DNA of 64,000 nt from a virus (IMGVR_UViG_3300009648_000003:39943-103942); one strand, 5' to 3'; positions 9,901-18,985 are shown, counted from the stretch's first letter. A program made the numbers and translations. The notes: generated by a model not told the origin, from the letters alone.

Positions 9901-10130
9901 ATTTGTTTTATTTCCCCATAACCTATTATTGGATAGTTAGAGTTATTTTTTATTGATGTTAGAACTAGATCTCCTTGTTTTAAAGTTTCTAGTAAAGTAT
10001 CTTTCAAGGAGTACCTATCTAACATAATTAACCGCTGAAAACCATCAAAAGTGGTTAATTTTTCCCCTTCTTCTGGAATCCAAATAAAGGGGAATTTCTC
10101 ATATTCATTCTTTTTCAATTGTTTATACAT
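6939..10130 (-). CDS. nrdJ: Class II (AdoCbl-dependent) ribonucleotide reductase precursor containing an intein
   Basis: PGGRIL, TLFNC, GGGVG, RRGAQM, ANISV, EPG, TNP|CAEQ..CNLG.INL, TIAP.G, DSSISKT, KG.TVY.DGSR; no nrdB nearby. Confidence 0.9.
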   Translation of the reverse strand: MYKQLKKNEYEKFPFIWIPEEGEKLTTFDGFQRLIMLDRYSLKDTLLETLKQGDLVLTSIKNNSNYPIIGYGEIKQIQGDRVTVDIEYPQYVEGVDLKNLEKSKGEITKPLEIYWEQIAYRVAKAIAGVENPDKQDEVFKDFYWMISNKYYIPGGRILYGAGNPADVTLFNCFSLGNVPDSRGGIIDHIKTATEIMSRGGGVGSCISTLRPRNAVVKGVNGFSSGSISWANYLSELTHLISQAGSRRGAQMIGQHIWHPDILEFTMCKIQNPYLLDLLSNHTNPRIAEIAEMYLIRDENGNPVDVVDKEFMSGANISVLITDDFMEKVKAGDMWELKYPDLENLTKEQKEIYDTEWVNMNGLIEEWERRGLPTKVYETIPARDLWDLINICARYSAEPGVIFIDRYNKEANSYYYTTIMITNPCQPKGEYILTEDGFKKIENIVDHIVLGGKKYKSTPMFKTGTKEVYKVTLENGTEIRMTDNHRVTTPEGDIELRYLKEGSKVLVDYTPVFEPVVTNQEEYEKGILLGWLLADGALYKQDEISKRGWIAIAVGENEFEYRDRLEQMLRKYDPNFEFKPHASKPNTCYEGRICKYEYRQKLLKDLKINSETNKFDIDYDKLTKDMKLGLLRALFTCDGSSRCEGIATLYSNNKQFLLHIQRILKEFGVYSSISVHNNARKYKSSDGKIRNNDTTYKIMVYDVTFKKIGFLTEYKNKTMMERKTKNSSVIEKKKKILKIKSIKFDGIEDVYDITVDTMHHYNTNGLIVHNCAEQGLPKYGVCNLGAINLAEISKDGKIDYELLEKITRISQRFSDDVIDASYYFIDENEKMSKRERRVGKGITGLADLMINQKLRYGSPEMIELTEKLLKFIALVSYDESVNLAKEKGSFYYFDKDKFLESGYMKQMPRSIREKIRKYGIRNVTSLTIAPVGSTGSMIGVGNGIEPYFAFKYYRSGRMGEFIEINAPIAQKYFEENPNATELPDYYVSAMELTPEEHVLVQAAAQKWIDSSISKTVNAPATFTVEDNKKLYELAYKKGLKGITVYVDGSRDTQILNIDKKSKNN
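7824..8861 (-). mobile_element. Intein (346 aa) with LAGLIDADG homing endonuclease in nrdJ
   Basis: TNP|CQPKGEYILT...T.NH...LLGWLLADG...LLRALFTCDG...VYDITV..HHY.TNGLIVHN|CAEQ; removal restores NPCAEQ. Confidence 0.95.
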
Positions 10131-10140
10131 AACAATCCTC

Positions 10141-10491
10141 CTAATAATTATTTTTTATGTGTGTTATTGCGTCGTTTAAAAAGTCAAATTTATTAGAAAC
10201 TACTACATATAGTAGATAATTCCTAATCTTTTCACCGACCCCCACAATGGGTATACTTTTAGTATATGCCTCTATAAGTATGAAACTCTCATCAAATGTT
10301 AAACTTTTTTTATCTAAATTTAATAATACTATAGAAGTATTGTTAACAATTTTTTTACAGAGAAGTTCGTATTCTTTTGGACTCATACCCCCCTCAGTTT
10401 CCTTGAAGGGGGTATGGTGTATAGTAGAATATCCACCTATTTTTATATTAATATCAGGGATAAATCCAACCATCAATAAATTATTCATCAT
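10141..10491 (-). CDS. Hypothetical protein, possibly degenerate nucleoside 2-deoxyribosyltransferase-like fold
   Basis: SIVLLNLD...ILIEAY..SIPIVGV pattern; the catalytic motif is not clearly conserved. Confidence 0.4.
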   Translation of the reverse strand: MMNNLLMVGFIPDINIKIGGYSTIHHTPFKETEGGMSPKEYELLCKKIVNNTSIVLLNLDKKSLTFDESFILIEAYTKSIPIVGVGEKIRNYLLYVVVSNKFDFLNDAITHIKNNY

Positions 10492-10831
10492 TATCCCCCC
10501 ATGTGTGAATTTTTTCTACTATGGAATAAAAATCTCTGTCTGTTAAAATAAAATAATCTTTTCCATCTCCAAAAGAAAAAACAAGGGCGGGGGTTTTACC
10601 TGTCAAAAAAGCTTCATTTTCTATTTTATCTAACCACTCTTTCTTTATAGTAATAGATTTTGAAGGTTTAACTTTTGTTTTAGCTTCTATTCTAAAATTT
10701 TTACTTACTACATCAGATTTATTAAACCATATAGCACCAGAATTCATTGTTTGTTTTGCTTCTTCTTTAATCTCTTTGAGACTCTTTGTTATTCTCTGTT
10801 CTTGTTTTTGGGATTGTTTCTTTATTGACAT
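10481..10831 (-). CDS. PD-(D/E)XK nuclease, Hjc-like Holliday junction resolvase candidate
   Basis: E.R...SGA...SDV....IEAK...W..K...EA...K.P.LV. Confidence 0.7.
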   Translation of the reverse strand: MSIKKQSQKQEQRITKSLKEIKEEAKQTMNSGAIWFNKSDVVSKNFRIEAKTKVKPSKSITIKKEWLDKIENEAFLTGKTPALVFSFGDGKDYFILTDRDFYSIVEKIHTWGDNDE

Positions 10832-11078
10832 CCGTTATCACCTCATTTATTGCACTTAACATCCCTATCCTTGCTAAAATTTCATGATTTTCAAGAAACA
10901 TTTGTGTTATATTTGTTGTAACTTCTTCAGTAATAACAGGTAATAGTTCATTTCCATACATTCTCATAAAATTATCCACAGCTTCTTCGTTGATTTTGTT
11001 CATGAGTTTTACTTCTAAATAACTAAATATTGCATATATGGCAATACACACGCCTAAAAACATTGCAACTTTTATCAT
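10767..11078 (-). CDS. Hypothetical protein with N-terminal TM segment
   Basis: Hydrophobic N-terminus; operon packing. Confidence 0.55.
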   Translation of the reverse strand: MIKVAMFLGVCIAIYAIFSYLEVKLMNKINEEAVDNFMRMYGNELLPVITEEVTTNITQMFLENHEILARIGMLSAINEVITDVNKETIPKTRTENNKESQRD

Positions 11079-11083
11079 CTAAT

Positions 11084-12142
11084 TTACCCCCTTATTATCT
11101 CTTGCACTATAGTAAACATTTGGGTATATAGTTTTCCTTCATTTTCTTTTATATCTTTTATTAGTGCTTCTTGTGTTCTCTTTGTTCCATTCCATTTTAA
11201 TTCTTTGCCTTCTTCATCCACCATTATTTCTCCTGTACGAGGATCTGTAAATGTGAGCCAACTAGTCCCCTGTAAAACACCTATTTCTTTGCATACCGCT
11301 ACAAGTTCAGCTATTTTATCTACTCCATGCTCATAGTATAAGTCTATTGTTGCTTGTCTGAATGGTGGGGCTATTTTGTTTTTTATTACTTTTACTCTAA
11401 TTTGTTGACCAAAATATTTTTTATCTTTACCTGTACCTTTGGTAAAATAGTCTCCTATAGCCACTTCAAGAGTGTGAGTACTTGCATGTTTTAAACTTCT
11501 GCCTCCCGATGTAGTTGTCGGAGTTCCATATAATGAGAAACCACCTATCTTATCTCTCAGTTGCTGAATAAATATTAATGAAGTTCCTGATTCTCTTAAT
11601 AATCCTGAATTAACTAATTTCCTCATTGCCTTAGAATTTATTTTAGCAGTACCCCCAACTCTTGATTCTTTATCCCAATCTGTTTCCTGCAATTCTTCCT
11701 TAGGTATTAAGCCATCAACAGAATCTAATGTAATAATACTAAATTTCTTACTTCTTAGCATGTATTCAATCATATCATATACTTTTTCTGCATGAGTATC
11801 AGGTTGTAATATCATTAACCGATCTAAATTAACCCCTAATTTTTGAGCCCAATCAGGGCTAAATCCATTCTCTAAATCTATCAGTGCAGTTTCTTTTTCA
11901 GGTTCATTTACCTGTGCTTCTGCAATAGCCATATAAGCTATAGTGGATTTTCCAGCTTTTTCAGCCCCCTGGAGGAGGGCTAGTCTGCCTTGAGCAAATC
12001 CTCCCCCCATTGCTAAATCTAATAATAAAGAACCTGAGGGTCTAACTTTTATATCAGTCAGTCTCTCATCCTCACCTAAGAGGAATATAGAATCTTCTCC
12101 AAACTCTTTTCTGAAAGAGTTTAAAAAATCTTTAGTATCCAT
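11084..12142 (-). CDS. recA: RecA-like recombinase
   Basis: SGSLLLDLAMGGG, Walker A GAEKAGKST, LDSV, QLRDKIG, TTSGGRSLKH, KNKIAPPF. Confidence 0.95.
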   Translation of the reverse strand: MDTKDFLNSFRKEFGEDSIFLLGEDERLTDIKVRPSGSLLLDLAMGGGFAQGRLALLQGAEKAGKSTIAYMAIAEAQVNEPEKETALIDLENGFSPDWAQKLGVNLDRLMILQPDTHAEKVYDMIEYMLRSKKFSIITLDSVDGLIPKEELQETDWDKESRVGGTAKINSKAMRKLVNSGLLRESGTSLIFIQQLRDKIGGFSLYGTPTTTSGGRSLKHASTHTLEVAIGDYFTKGTGKDKKYFGQQIRVKVIKNKIAPPFRQATIDLYYEHGVDKIAELVAVCKEIGVLQGTSWLTFTDPRTGEIMVDEEGKELKWNGTKRTQEALIKDIKENEGKLYTQMFTIVQEIIRG

Positions 12143-12242
12143 TTAATCTCCCCCTCCAATGTAAAATTTTGCTTTCTATAAAATCAATAATTTTCCCTTT
12201 TTCATTTCTTACAGTTAATACGCATGAACCTAATTCTTGCAT
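12132..12242 (-). CDS. Small hypothetical protein (36 aa)
   Basis: GAGGGTG RBS followed by MQELGSCVLTVRNEKGKIIDF...; overlaps the recA start. Confidence 0.4.
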   Translation of the reverse strand: MQELGSCVLTVRNEKGKIIDFIESKILHWRGRLNGY

Positions 12243-12252
12243 ACTTCACCCT

Positions 12253-12441
12253 CTATAGGTATTCCAAATCTTTTACATTAGTTGCTTTACTGTGTGTATC
12301 TGAACCATACTGAACAAATACATATTTATCATTTTTACTAGTTATAATACCTTCTTCTTTTTGGTCTTCCCCACACCCCTTAAAGGGGGTATATACTACT
12401 TTTCTTCCTATTTCTACTTCAGATAATTTCAGCTTTTTCAC
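12253..12441 (-). CDS. Small hypothetical protein (SH3-like beta pattern)
   Basis: IGRKVVY...EEGIITS.N..YVFV.Y; G-rich RBS. Confidence 0.6.
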   Translation of the reverse strand: MKKLKLSEVEIGRKVVYTPFKGCGEDQKEEGIITSKNDKYVFVQYGSDTHSKATNVKDLEYL

Positions 12442-12452
12442 CCCCCCCTTTT

Positions 12453-12995
12453 TTACTGTGACCCTCCTCTATTATCATTTCTTCTGTTATCTAAGACATC
12501 ATTCATTCTCCTAGTTATCTCTCGAGAAATAGCATCTGCTCTTCTCTCATAACCTTCTCTTAATGCTTTTATTGCTATCATCATTGATAGGCTCTCTGTG
12601 TATTTCTGTTCCCACTCTCTGTATAAAGGTTCCACATGAACCATAGCTTCCCTTAATTCCCGTCCTCCTTCCTGTAGAGTATAGAGCTGTTTTTTGATGG
12701 TATCTCTAATCTCTCTAGCAGTTGCTTGGTCTATATCAGCTATGGCTTCCACCCATCTTGCATAGGCTATAAGAGAAGTCCATTTATCTAAATAATCTCC
12801 AAGAGCATGAAATGGAATATTAGCAATTCCACCATAATTCTTTTTCATTTGTTCCCACTCAGCAAATATATCAATACCTTCCACTAATTCTTTAGGCTTC
12901 ACAGGTATTGGCAATCCTGCTTTTGTTATTTTAGCCATAGTAATCTCTCTAACAGTATAATTATTTATCTCTGCCTCTATCTGTTGCCTGTTCAT
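12453..12995 (-). CDS. Helical/coiled-coil protein, UvsY-like recombination mediator candidate
   Basis: Long amphipathic helices ending ...AISREITRR; near recA. Function is inference. Confidence 0.45.
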   Translation of the reverse strand: MNRQQIEAEINNYTVREITMAKITKAGLPIPVKPKELVEGIDIFAEWEQMKKNYGGIANIPFHALGDYLDKWTSLIAYARWVEAIADIDQATAREIRDTIKKQLYTLQEGGRELREAMVHVEPLYREWEQKYTESLSMMIAIKALREGYERRADAISREITRRMNDVLDNRRNDNRGGSQ

Positions 12996-13554
12996 TAATA
13001 ATCTCCTTCCATAAAGTGTGGTAATAAGTTAAAAACATATTTTCAAAATATTCCTCAGTATAATCATTGCAGAAATTTAGACTGGTTAATACTACAGTTT
13101 CCATTTCATCCCATATATTCCCACCAAGAAAATATCTTCCTTCAAGTACAGTTATTTCTTCATCAATAACATTTACCAAATAGAGGTCACTTACTGTTAA
13201 ATCCCAATATTGAGGGTGTAATGCCATACAAATACTTGTAGTTAATTTTCCTTCTAGGCTAAGATAATCTGGTAGATATTTTTTTACGGGGGATGGGACG
13301 TCAGATAAATAAGCTTCACTGGCATCATGTAACAAACCTAATAGTTGTGTTTTATAAGAAAGCCCCATCTCTTTTAACACAGATGAAACATTTATTGAAT
13401 GTTCTGCTATAGAGTAAAATCTTTTAGTATTCCCATTAAATCTACATTGCATAGACAGAGAATGTGCTATATCATATATATCTATATCTTCTTCCTTTAT
13501 TTCAAATGGATTTATTAATTTTCCAGTATAAGTTTGAATGATTGAATCATTCAT
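12961..13554 (-). CDS. HD-domain phosphohydrolase (YfbR/YfdR-like deoxynucleotidase)
   Basis: DIAHSLS..CRF.G....YSIAEHS...LLHDASEAYL.D.PSPVK. Confidence 0.88.
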   Translation of the reverse strand: MNDSIIQTYTGKLINPFEIKEEDIDIYDIAHSLSMQCRFNGNTKRFYSIAEHSINVSSVLKEMGLSYKTQLLGLLHDASEAYLSDVPSPVKKYLPDYLSLEGKLTTSICMALHPQYWDLTVSDLYLVNVIDEEITVLEGRYFLGGNIWDEMETVVLTSLNFCNDYTEEYFENMFLTYYHTLWKEIINEQATDRGRDK

Positions 13555-13897
13555 TTTTCATTCCCTCCTCTTTCTCCCATGCTTCTTTCATCTTTACAAA
13601 ATCTTCCCAATGGATTGCTACCAAAACATCTTTTGCATTTCCTTTTTCTCTCATTACTAATACAGGTAATTTTCCTGATTCCATCGCCTCTTTCTTTAAT
13701 TTTTCCCACCATCTAAATATTGCTATTCTCTTATACACCTTGCATTCTATTTCGTATGTGGGATGAATTACATCACCAGTTCTAGCTTTTCCTTCATCAG
13801 TTGTGTTAACAGCACCAGATCCCATGTTTCTTTTAGCACCATCAAATAAATGTTCACCTACCCATCTTTCAAATTGTTTCCATAGTTTATCACCCAT
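13547..13897 (-). CDS. Second PD-(D/E)XK nuclease, Hjc-like
   Basis: WKQFER...SGA...GDV...IECK...W..L..EA...K.PVLV. Confidence 0.7.
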   Translation of the reverse strand: MGDKLWKQFERWVGEHLFDGAKRNMGSGAVNTTDEGKARTGDVIHPTYEIECKVYKRIAIFRWWEKLKKEAMESGKLPVLVMREKGNAKDVLVAIHWEDFVKMKEAWEKEEGMKNE

Positions 13898-13932
13898 TAA
13901 ATCACTCCTCTAAAATAAATTTAATTATTCTT

Positions 13933-14523
13933 CTATAACCACCTAATAACAAGTTCACCTTCATACCCTTGTTCCCATACAAACCATGCCAAGAATAAAG
14001 CAGTAGCCCAAGGTTTCCCTGTTTTTGGATTTACTTCCCAACCATTTCTCATAGTTGCCTGTCTCTCACTAAAACAATATACATACTTTAGTGGAGAATT
14101 TTCTAGAAACTTCCTCCGCCCACTACTCTCCAAAAACTGTATCTTCATAAGCATAATCACCTTATCATTACTTAAATCTAATGCCCTCTGGACAAAAGGC
14201 AGTGCCAGTTTAAAAGGAGGATTAGTAATAATATTGTCAAACTTTCTTCCAAAATCATAAGTTAAAAAATCTATTCCTGTTTTTCCATAACCATAATCAT
14301 ATAAATCAGTAGATATTATTTCTCTATGAGGATAGTAATGTTCCAGGATTTTAGATATATGCCCCATTCCACAGGCAGGTTCTAATATGCTTTCACCTTC
14401 AAGATAAACTTCATCTAGTATAGCTTTAGTTGTCTCAGAAGGAGTGGCATAAAAGTCATGTTCTTGTCTCTTCCAATCATTACTTTTACCACCAGTAATT
14501 AAACTCACACTTTTGTTTGTCAT
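13933..14523 (-). CDS. N6-adenine DNA methyltransferase (orphan)
   Basis: FYATP, ILEPACG.G (motif I) before IITNPPF (motif IV). Confidence 0.88.
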   Translation of the reverse strand: MTNKSVSLITGGKSNDWKRQEHDFYATPSETTKAILDEVYLEGESILEPACGMGHISKILEHYYPHREIISTDLYDYGYGKTGIDFLTYDFGRKFDNIITNPPFKLALPFVQRALDLSNDKVIMLMKIQFLESSGRRKFLENSPLKYVYCFSERQATMRNGWEVNPKTGKPWATALFLAWFVWEQGYEGELVIRWL

Positions 14524-14556
14524 GATACATCCCCTTTCTATTTCTCATTTCAAACT

Positions 14557-14586
14557 AAATATACGAAATAGATAATAAATTGAATA
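14557..14586 (-). promoter_or_regulatory. Putative middle-class phage promoter (TATTCA-N14-TCGTATATTT)
   Basis: Same motif and spacing as 6715, 21465 and 26234. Confidence 0.72.
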
Positions 14587-14642
14587 AAACTTAATTTTTA
14601 ATGAGGATGATTTAGACAAGTTGGGGTCATAAATATTTTCAT

Positions 14643-14667
14643 AAAAAAGACTAGGTTTCCCTAGTCT
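14643..14667 (-). terminator. Intrinsic terminator
   Basis: AGACTAGG-GAAA-CCTAGTCT followed by a T-tract on the minus strand. Confidence 0.8.
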
Positions 14668-14709
14668 AATAAGTTTATTTGTACAAATCATGAATATCCA
14701 CTTTTATGA

Positions 14710-15165
14710 TTAAAAATATGAATCTATAGTATTTATAAATATCTGTTTTAATTCATCACTATACCCAAATCTCTTTTGATTAAATTCTATACTTTTGTAT
14801 ATATCCCCATCATTATGTCGCATTGTTGCTGCTTTCCAATCGCATATCATTTCTATTAAATCTACTAAAGTCATATCTTTAATTCCATTATTGTAATATT
14901 CGGGATGATGAGAATTATTAGCATAGTGGCTATCAAGTGCCACTTTCATTTCTTTTAAAAATTGATTATATTCATCACTACCATAAGTTGAATTAGTTAA
15001 TTTAGAGGTATATTCGGTGAATATATCTATCTCTGGGTTTTTTAATTTTGAGTCGTCATGATATATGCTTCTGATAATTAAATCATACAAAATAACACTT
15101 ATACACTTACTTACATTTTGTTTATGTTTATATGTCTCACACATTGTTTCAAATTTATCCATCAT
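14710..15165 (-). CDS. DUF5662-like HD-superfamily protein
   Basis: HK.NV...HDDSKL...HY.NNSHHPEY...M.L.D..EM.CDW.AA. Confidence 0.75.
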   Translation of the reverse strand: MMDKFETMCETYKHKQNVSKCISVILYDLIIRSIYHDDSKLKNPEIDIFTEYTSKLTNSTYGSDEYNQFLKEMKVALDSHYANNSHHPEYYNNGIKDMTLVDLIEMICDWKAATMRHNDGDIYKSIEFNQKRFGYSDELKQIFINTIDSYF

Positions 15166-15192
15166 ACAACACCTTTCTTTATTTTATATATT

Positions 15193-15531
15193 CTAGTCTA
15201 CATACACCCACTCTACTTTTTTTATTTCTTTTTGTTCTACCTCATATGCAGTAAAATCTTGCATCCAATCTTCATAACCATAATCTTTATAGCCATACCT
15301 CGCTTGTGCTAAATTAATCATGAAGGTCTTACCATCAGACGGTCTTTTCAAGACATAACTAAAATATCTAGCATCCTCATCTTCTTCTACCTCAAGTTCG
15401 TCAACATATTCCCACTTTTCACCATCAATTATTAAATCCTCTCCCCTGTATATAGCCTTAATATGCTCATCTGTTAATTTAATCCTCATAAGACTACCTC
15501 CTTTTGTATTTTTTATAACCCTAAAAATCAT
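15193..15531 (-). CDS. Hypothetical protein
   Basis: Likely start MRIKL behind GGAGGT. Confidence 0.65.
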   Translation of the reverse strand: MIFRVIKNTKGGSLMRIKLTDEHIKAIYRGEDLIIDGEKWEYVDELEVEEDEDARYFSYVLKRPSDGKTFMINLAQARYGYKDYGYEDWMQDFTAYEVEQKEIKKVEWVYVD

Positions 15532-15704
15532 TATTCTACTTTTCTATTAAAATTTGGTCGATCCTCATATTTCATGCTATCTTCAGGATTATATGGGTAA
15601 CAATTTTTACATTGTTTTGGTATATCTGTTTCATTTATTATAGCTTGGATTAATTTTTTACCGTACATACAATCAGTGCAATATACATGTGTATTTTTAT
15701 TCAT
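15531..15704 (-). CDS. Small Cys-pair protein (57 aa; below cutoff)
   Basis: AAGGGGG RBS followed by MNKNTHVYCTDCMYG...QCKNCYPYNPEDS...RPNFNRKVE*. Confidence 0.65.
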   Translation of the reverse strand: MNKNTHVYCTDCMYGKKLIQAIINETDIPKQCKNCYPYNPEDSMKYEDRPNFNRKVE

Positions 15705-15730
15705 GTGCTGACCCCCTTTTTTACATATAA

Positions 15731-16540
15731 TTAACCTTCCTTATTACATAGAGATTTATAAGGACAAAATCTACAGGTTATACTATTTCCATCTTTATCT
15801 GGTAATTCATTGTTCAATACTTTCCTCTCCACCCCTTGAATTTTATCCTTTACCCATTCTAATTGTTCATCAGTGTAATCTATTGTGTATGCTTTCAAGT
15901 TTTGAGTACCTTTACATAGATACAAAAACATTATTTTTCTCAACCCTATACACATTGAATAAAGAGCACCTTGTTTTATGTGATCTGGCAATGGTTCTAT
16001 TAGATATTCAAAATCCTTTGGATTAATAGTTTTAAATTCAAACAAAAATGGGTACCCATCATATTCCATAGCACCATCTATCATTGCAGATATAGGAAAT
16101 TTTTCTGTGAATCTATAATCTAAAAATTTTATTTCCATAGGGGGTGCATTGTGTTCCTCCAAAATCTCTACTCCCTCTGCCCCAAAAAAGGGTAATTCTT
16201 CTTTTGGCAAAAGTTTTATAGGATAATCTAATTTGTTCATTTCCATAAACACATCTTTTTGTATCCATTCATGAAGCTGTGTTCCTACTTGAAGTATTCT
16301 TTGACTTCTTGGGTAAATACCTTCTTTCCCTTTTATACCTTTGAAGAAATAATAAGTTTGTCTTTCACATTTAAAGTACTGAGAAGGACGAAAAGCTAAT
16401 CGTCGCTCTTCTCTGTCCCTCTCTCTTTCAGCTTTCTCTACTAAAAATGTGTCTATTTCATCAATAAATCTCTCTTCAAAAGACTTATTTGCCTCTTTTT
16501 GTTCTTTTTTAATTTGATTTGCTAAACTCTTTAACCCCAT
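15731..16540 (-). CDS. Cas4-like PD-(D/E)XK exonuclease
   Basis: PSQ..KC.R, G..LH, IDG...EFKT, Q..LY, CRFCPY..LC (1+3 Cys Fe-S pattern). Confidence 0.88.
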   Translation of the reverse strand: MGLKSLANQIKKEQKEANKSFEERFIDEIDTFLVEKAERERDREERRLAFRPSQYFKCERQTYYFFKGIKGKEGIYPRSQRILQVGTQLHEWIQKDVFMEMNKLDYPIKLLPKEELPFFGAEGVEILEEHNAPPMEIKFLDYRFTEKFPISAMIDGAMEYDGYPFLFEFKTINPKDFEYLIEPLPDHIKQGALYSMCIGLRKIMFLYLCKGTQNLKAYTIDYTDEQLEWVKDKIQGVERKVLNNELPDKDGNSITCRFCPYKSLCNKEG

Positions 16541-16821
16541 ATTAAAGCCCCCCTCCTAAAGTCAGAATCACGTAACCCTTCATTGCAAGCTTCTTCATAA
16601 TTACTTGTAGCCATAAAATCCACACCATCTATTGTTAAATAGTAGAAATATTTATTATCATCCTCAACTGTATAATCATAATCTAAACGTACTTTTGATG
16701 AAAAGAACTTGGATAATTTTTTAATCCTGTCAACACTGATGTGTATATAATTTGAGCCTATAGCACCCATTTCTTCTCGAATTTTTAAATATAATTTAGC
16801 ATTTTCCAAAAAATTATACAT
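16531..16821 (-). CDS. Hypothetical protein
   Basis: Overlaps both neighbours. Confidence 0.6.
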   Translation of the reverse strand: MYNFLENAKLYLKIREEMGAIGSNYIHISVDRIKKLSKFFSSKVRLDYDYTVEDDNKYFYYLTIDGVDFMATSNYEEACNEGLRDSDFRRGALIWG

Positions 16822-18985
16822 CTTCTTCCCCCCATAGTTCTTTTAAATCATCTTCATTCATCTTTTGACCCCATCTTTCAGATATTTCTATATCAGATTT
16901 CATTCCACATTTTAGTGGAATTGCGTTGCACATAATCTCTGCAAATTCTTTCAAGGGCTCCATACCTAAATCTTCAGGTATATCCAGTATTATCTCATCA
17001 TGAACCCAGAGTAATATATTACAATCATATTTCTTGAGGGCGGGTTGTAAGTCTATAGTAGCCTTCTTAGTCATATCAGCAGCAGAGTTATGGCACATGA
17101 AATTAGATGCTATATAACTATGGTCCTCTGTAAATATCTCAATATCCATTGTAGGTCTTACACCTAAATCTTCAATACTAGTTATCTTTGTAAAACTAAT
17201 AGTATCTAATAGATAAATGAACCTATTAACTTCTTCTGTTTCCTCACACATTTTTAAATACTTTAAACAGGAGTCTTTTGTAGCACTACCTTGTTTAAAC
17301 CTATAAACATGACTTCGTTCACTTGCTGTCAGTTTTTTGAATAGTTCTTTATCCTTCCTTAGTACTTTATAAACATCCATTATTAAGTCTCTTGGAACTA
17401 ATGACCTAGTTTTTAAATTCAGGTACTTATTTAACCTATCTTGCTTATGCTTTATCTTAAACCCAATTAATTCATTAAATCGTTTATAAGAGTTTAAATC
17501 TACAAAAGTCCTGAACACACCTTCTTCAGTTTCTCTAAACCTAGCTCTAATTCCTAATGATTCTAATAACAAATACACTTTAAAACTCACATCTCTACTT
17601 ATAGAGGTAAACGTCAGAGTATTACTACTCCATCCACCATCTGCATTAAATAATCCTCTTAAAATCTGGCATCTTACATCAGTTGGAGCAGTTAAATACC
17701 ACTCAGGTATTATCTTGTTCTTACCTGATACTTGAGTTAACCCTAATTCTTTTAACATGTCTCTAAAGTTTTTATTATTAATTACTAATACATACGCCTC
17801 TCCCACACTACCTCTACTTCTTTCAATTTTCTGTTTTGTAAGATTATAATTAGTTCTCAAATAGCTATCTATTTCTTTTAAATATGATAGTTTTTTCCTA
17901 CCTCCACTTATACTTATATCTCTGTTGTTAGTATAAGAACCGTCACCTATAATAGCACCTAAAAACTCATGTATGGTCATATCATTATCAGTTACCGCTA
18001 CTTTTGGTGTGTAATTTGCAATAGCTATAATATCTCCTACCTTCAAACTTTCTAAAGGTACAAAGATTAACTCACCTTTATCATATATTGCAAATCTGTG
18101 TTCTGCGGTAGCATCTATTGAAGTGTGTAAAGTATTTAATCTATATAGCTTCTTCTCCCCACTATTCCATACTTTGTAATCTTTTGTTGTACCTGAAAAG
18201 GTTACTAACTCATGATTAGTAATATCTTTTATAGGCACATACCCCTCTGTAGTTAATATTGGAGTTTCAATATCTAAGCACCCTTGTATGGGTGAGTTCA
18301 TTCCTACTCTATAAGCTGATTCTAGTAGCCATTGTTGCCCTGAAGTTACTTCTGGGTACAACCTTCTTTTTCTTCCCAATAATGTCTCTACATACATTTT
18401 TTCTCTTACTTGTTTTTTAGTTTCTTCCATCCATTTTGCCACCCCAGGGTAAGTTTGCTTGTAAGATTGTATATACATCATTGCCTCTTCCTCAGTTATT
18501 TCTAAATTTTCTGCTAACCCTATAGGAGTAGTGCCATATACAATTGAAAAGTTAACTGCCTTAGCTTTACCTCTCATTTTTTCATACTCAAGACCTAGTT
18601 CTATTTCTTTTATAAGAGTATCTCTGTCTTTAGTTAAAATAATTCCTTCTTTTAATGCTCTATCTAGATGTATATCATCATCTATTTTTTTATAGTCAAT
18701 ATTACCATCTTTATCTCTAAAAGTTTCAGATACTTTCCTTAATCTTTGAAAAGTATCTATATCTGTTTTTTTATCTGGGAATTTATTATTCCATATTGTT
18801 ACAGCTGTAGTAGAATGTACATCTCCTCCAGTGGTAAATATTTCATACATTACCTTATCCCCTGAGATTTCTGTTAATATTCTTAACTCTTGACTGGAAA
18901 AATCCAAACTAGCCAATAATCTTCCTTCATCTGCAATAAAAGCGTTCCTGATTAAATTTGTGTAACTTGGTATCTGTTGTAAATT
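16814..18985 (-). CDS. polA: DNA polymerase family A, exon 2 (contains intein)
   Basis: NLQQIP, motif A DFSSQELRIL, motif B R.KAKAVNFSIVYG, NSPIQG|SAAD, motif C VHDEI. Confidence 0.93.
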   Translation of the reverse strand, partial: NLQQIPSYTNLIRNAFIADEGRLLASLDFSSQELRILTEISGDKVMYEIFTTGGDVHSTTAVTIWNNKFPDKKTDIDTFQRLRKVSETFRDKDGNIDYKKIDDDIHLDRALKEGIILTKDRDTLIKEIELGLEYEKMRGKAKAVNFSIVYGTTPIGLAENLEITEEEAMMYIQSYKQTYPGVAKWMEETKKQVREKMYVETLLGRKRRLYPEVTSGQQWLLESAYRVGMNSPIQGCLDIETPILTTEGYVPIKDITNHELVTFSGTTKDYKVWNSGEKKLYRLNTLHTSIDATAEHRFAIYDKGELIFVPLESLKVGDIIAIANYTPKVAVTDNDMTIHEFLGAIIGDGSYTNNRDISISGGRKKLSYLKEIDSYLRTNYNLTKQKIERSRGSVGEAYVLVINNKNFRDMLKELGLTQVSGKNKIIPEWYLTAPTDVRCQILRGLFNADGGWSSNTLTFTSISRDVSFKVYLLLESLGIRARFRETEEGVFRTFVDLNSYKRFNELIGFKIKHKQDRLNKYLNLKTRSLVPRDLIMDVYKVLRKDKELFKKLTASERSHVYRFKQGSATKDSCLKYLKMCEETEEVNRFIYLLDTISFTKITSIEDLGVRPTMDIEIFTEDHSYIASNFMCHNSAADMTKKATIDLQPALKKYDCNILLWVHDEIILDIPEDLGMEPLKEFAEIMCNAIPLKCGMKSDIEISERWGQKMNEDDLKELWGEEDV
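17087..18280 (-). mobile_element. Intein (398 aa) with LAGLIDADG homing endonuclease in polA
   Basis: PIQG|CLDIETPILT...AT.EH...FLGAIIGDG...LRGLFNADG...TMDIEI..HSYIASNFMCHN|SAAD. Confidence 0.95.

Noticed and set aside
12961-13554. DatZ / 2-aminoadenine (Z-genome) system
   Set aside because: An HD hydrolase is present but no PurZ is in the window, and an adenine MTase is encoded.
15731-16540. CRISPR-Cas locus suggested by the Cas4-like gene
   Set aside because: No repeat-spacer array or other cas genes seen; stand-alone Cas4-like nucleases are common in phage replication modules.
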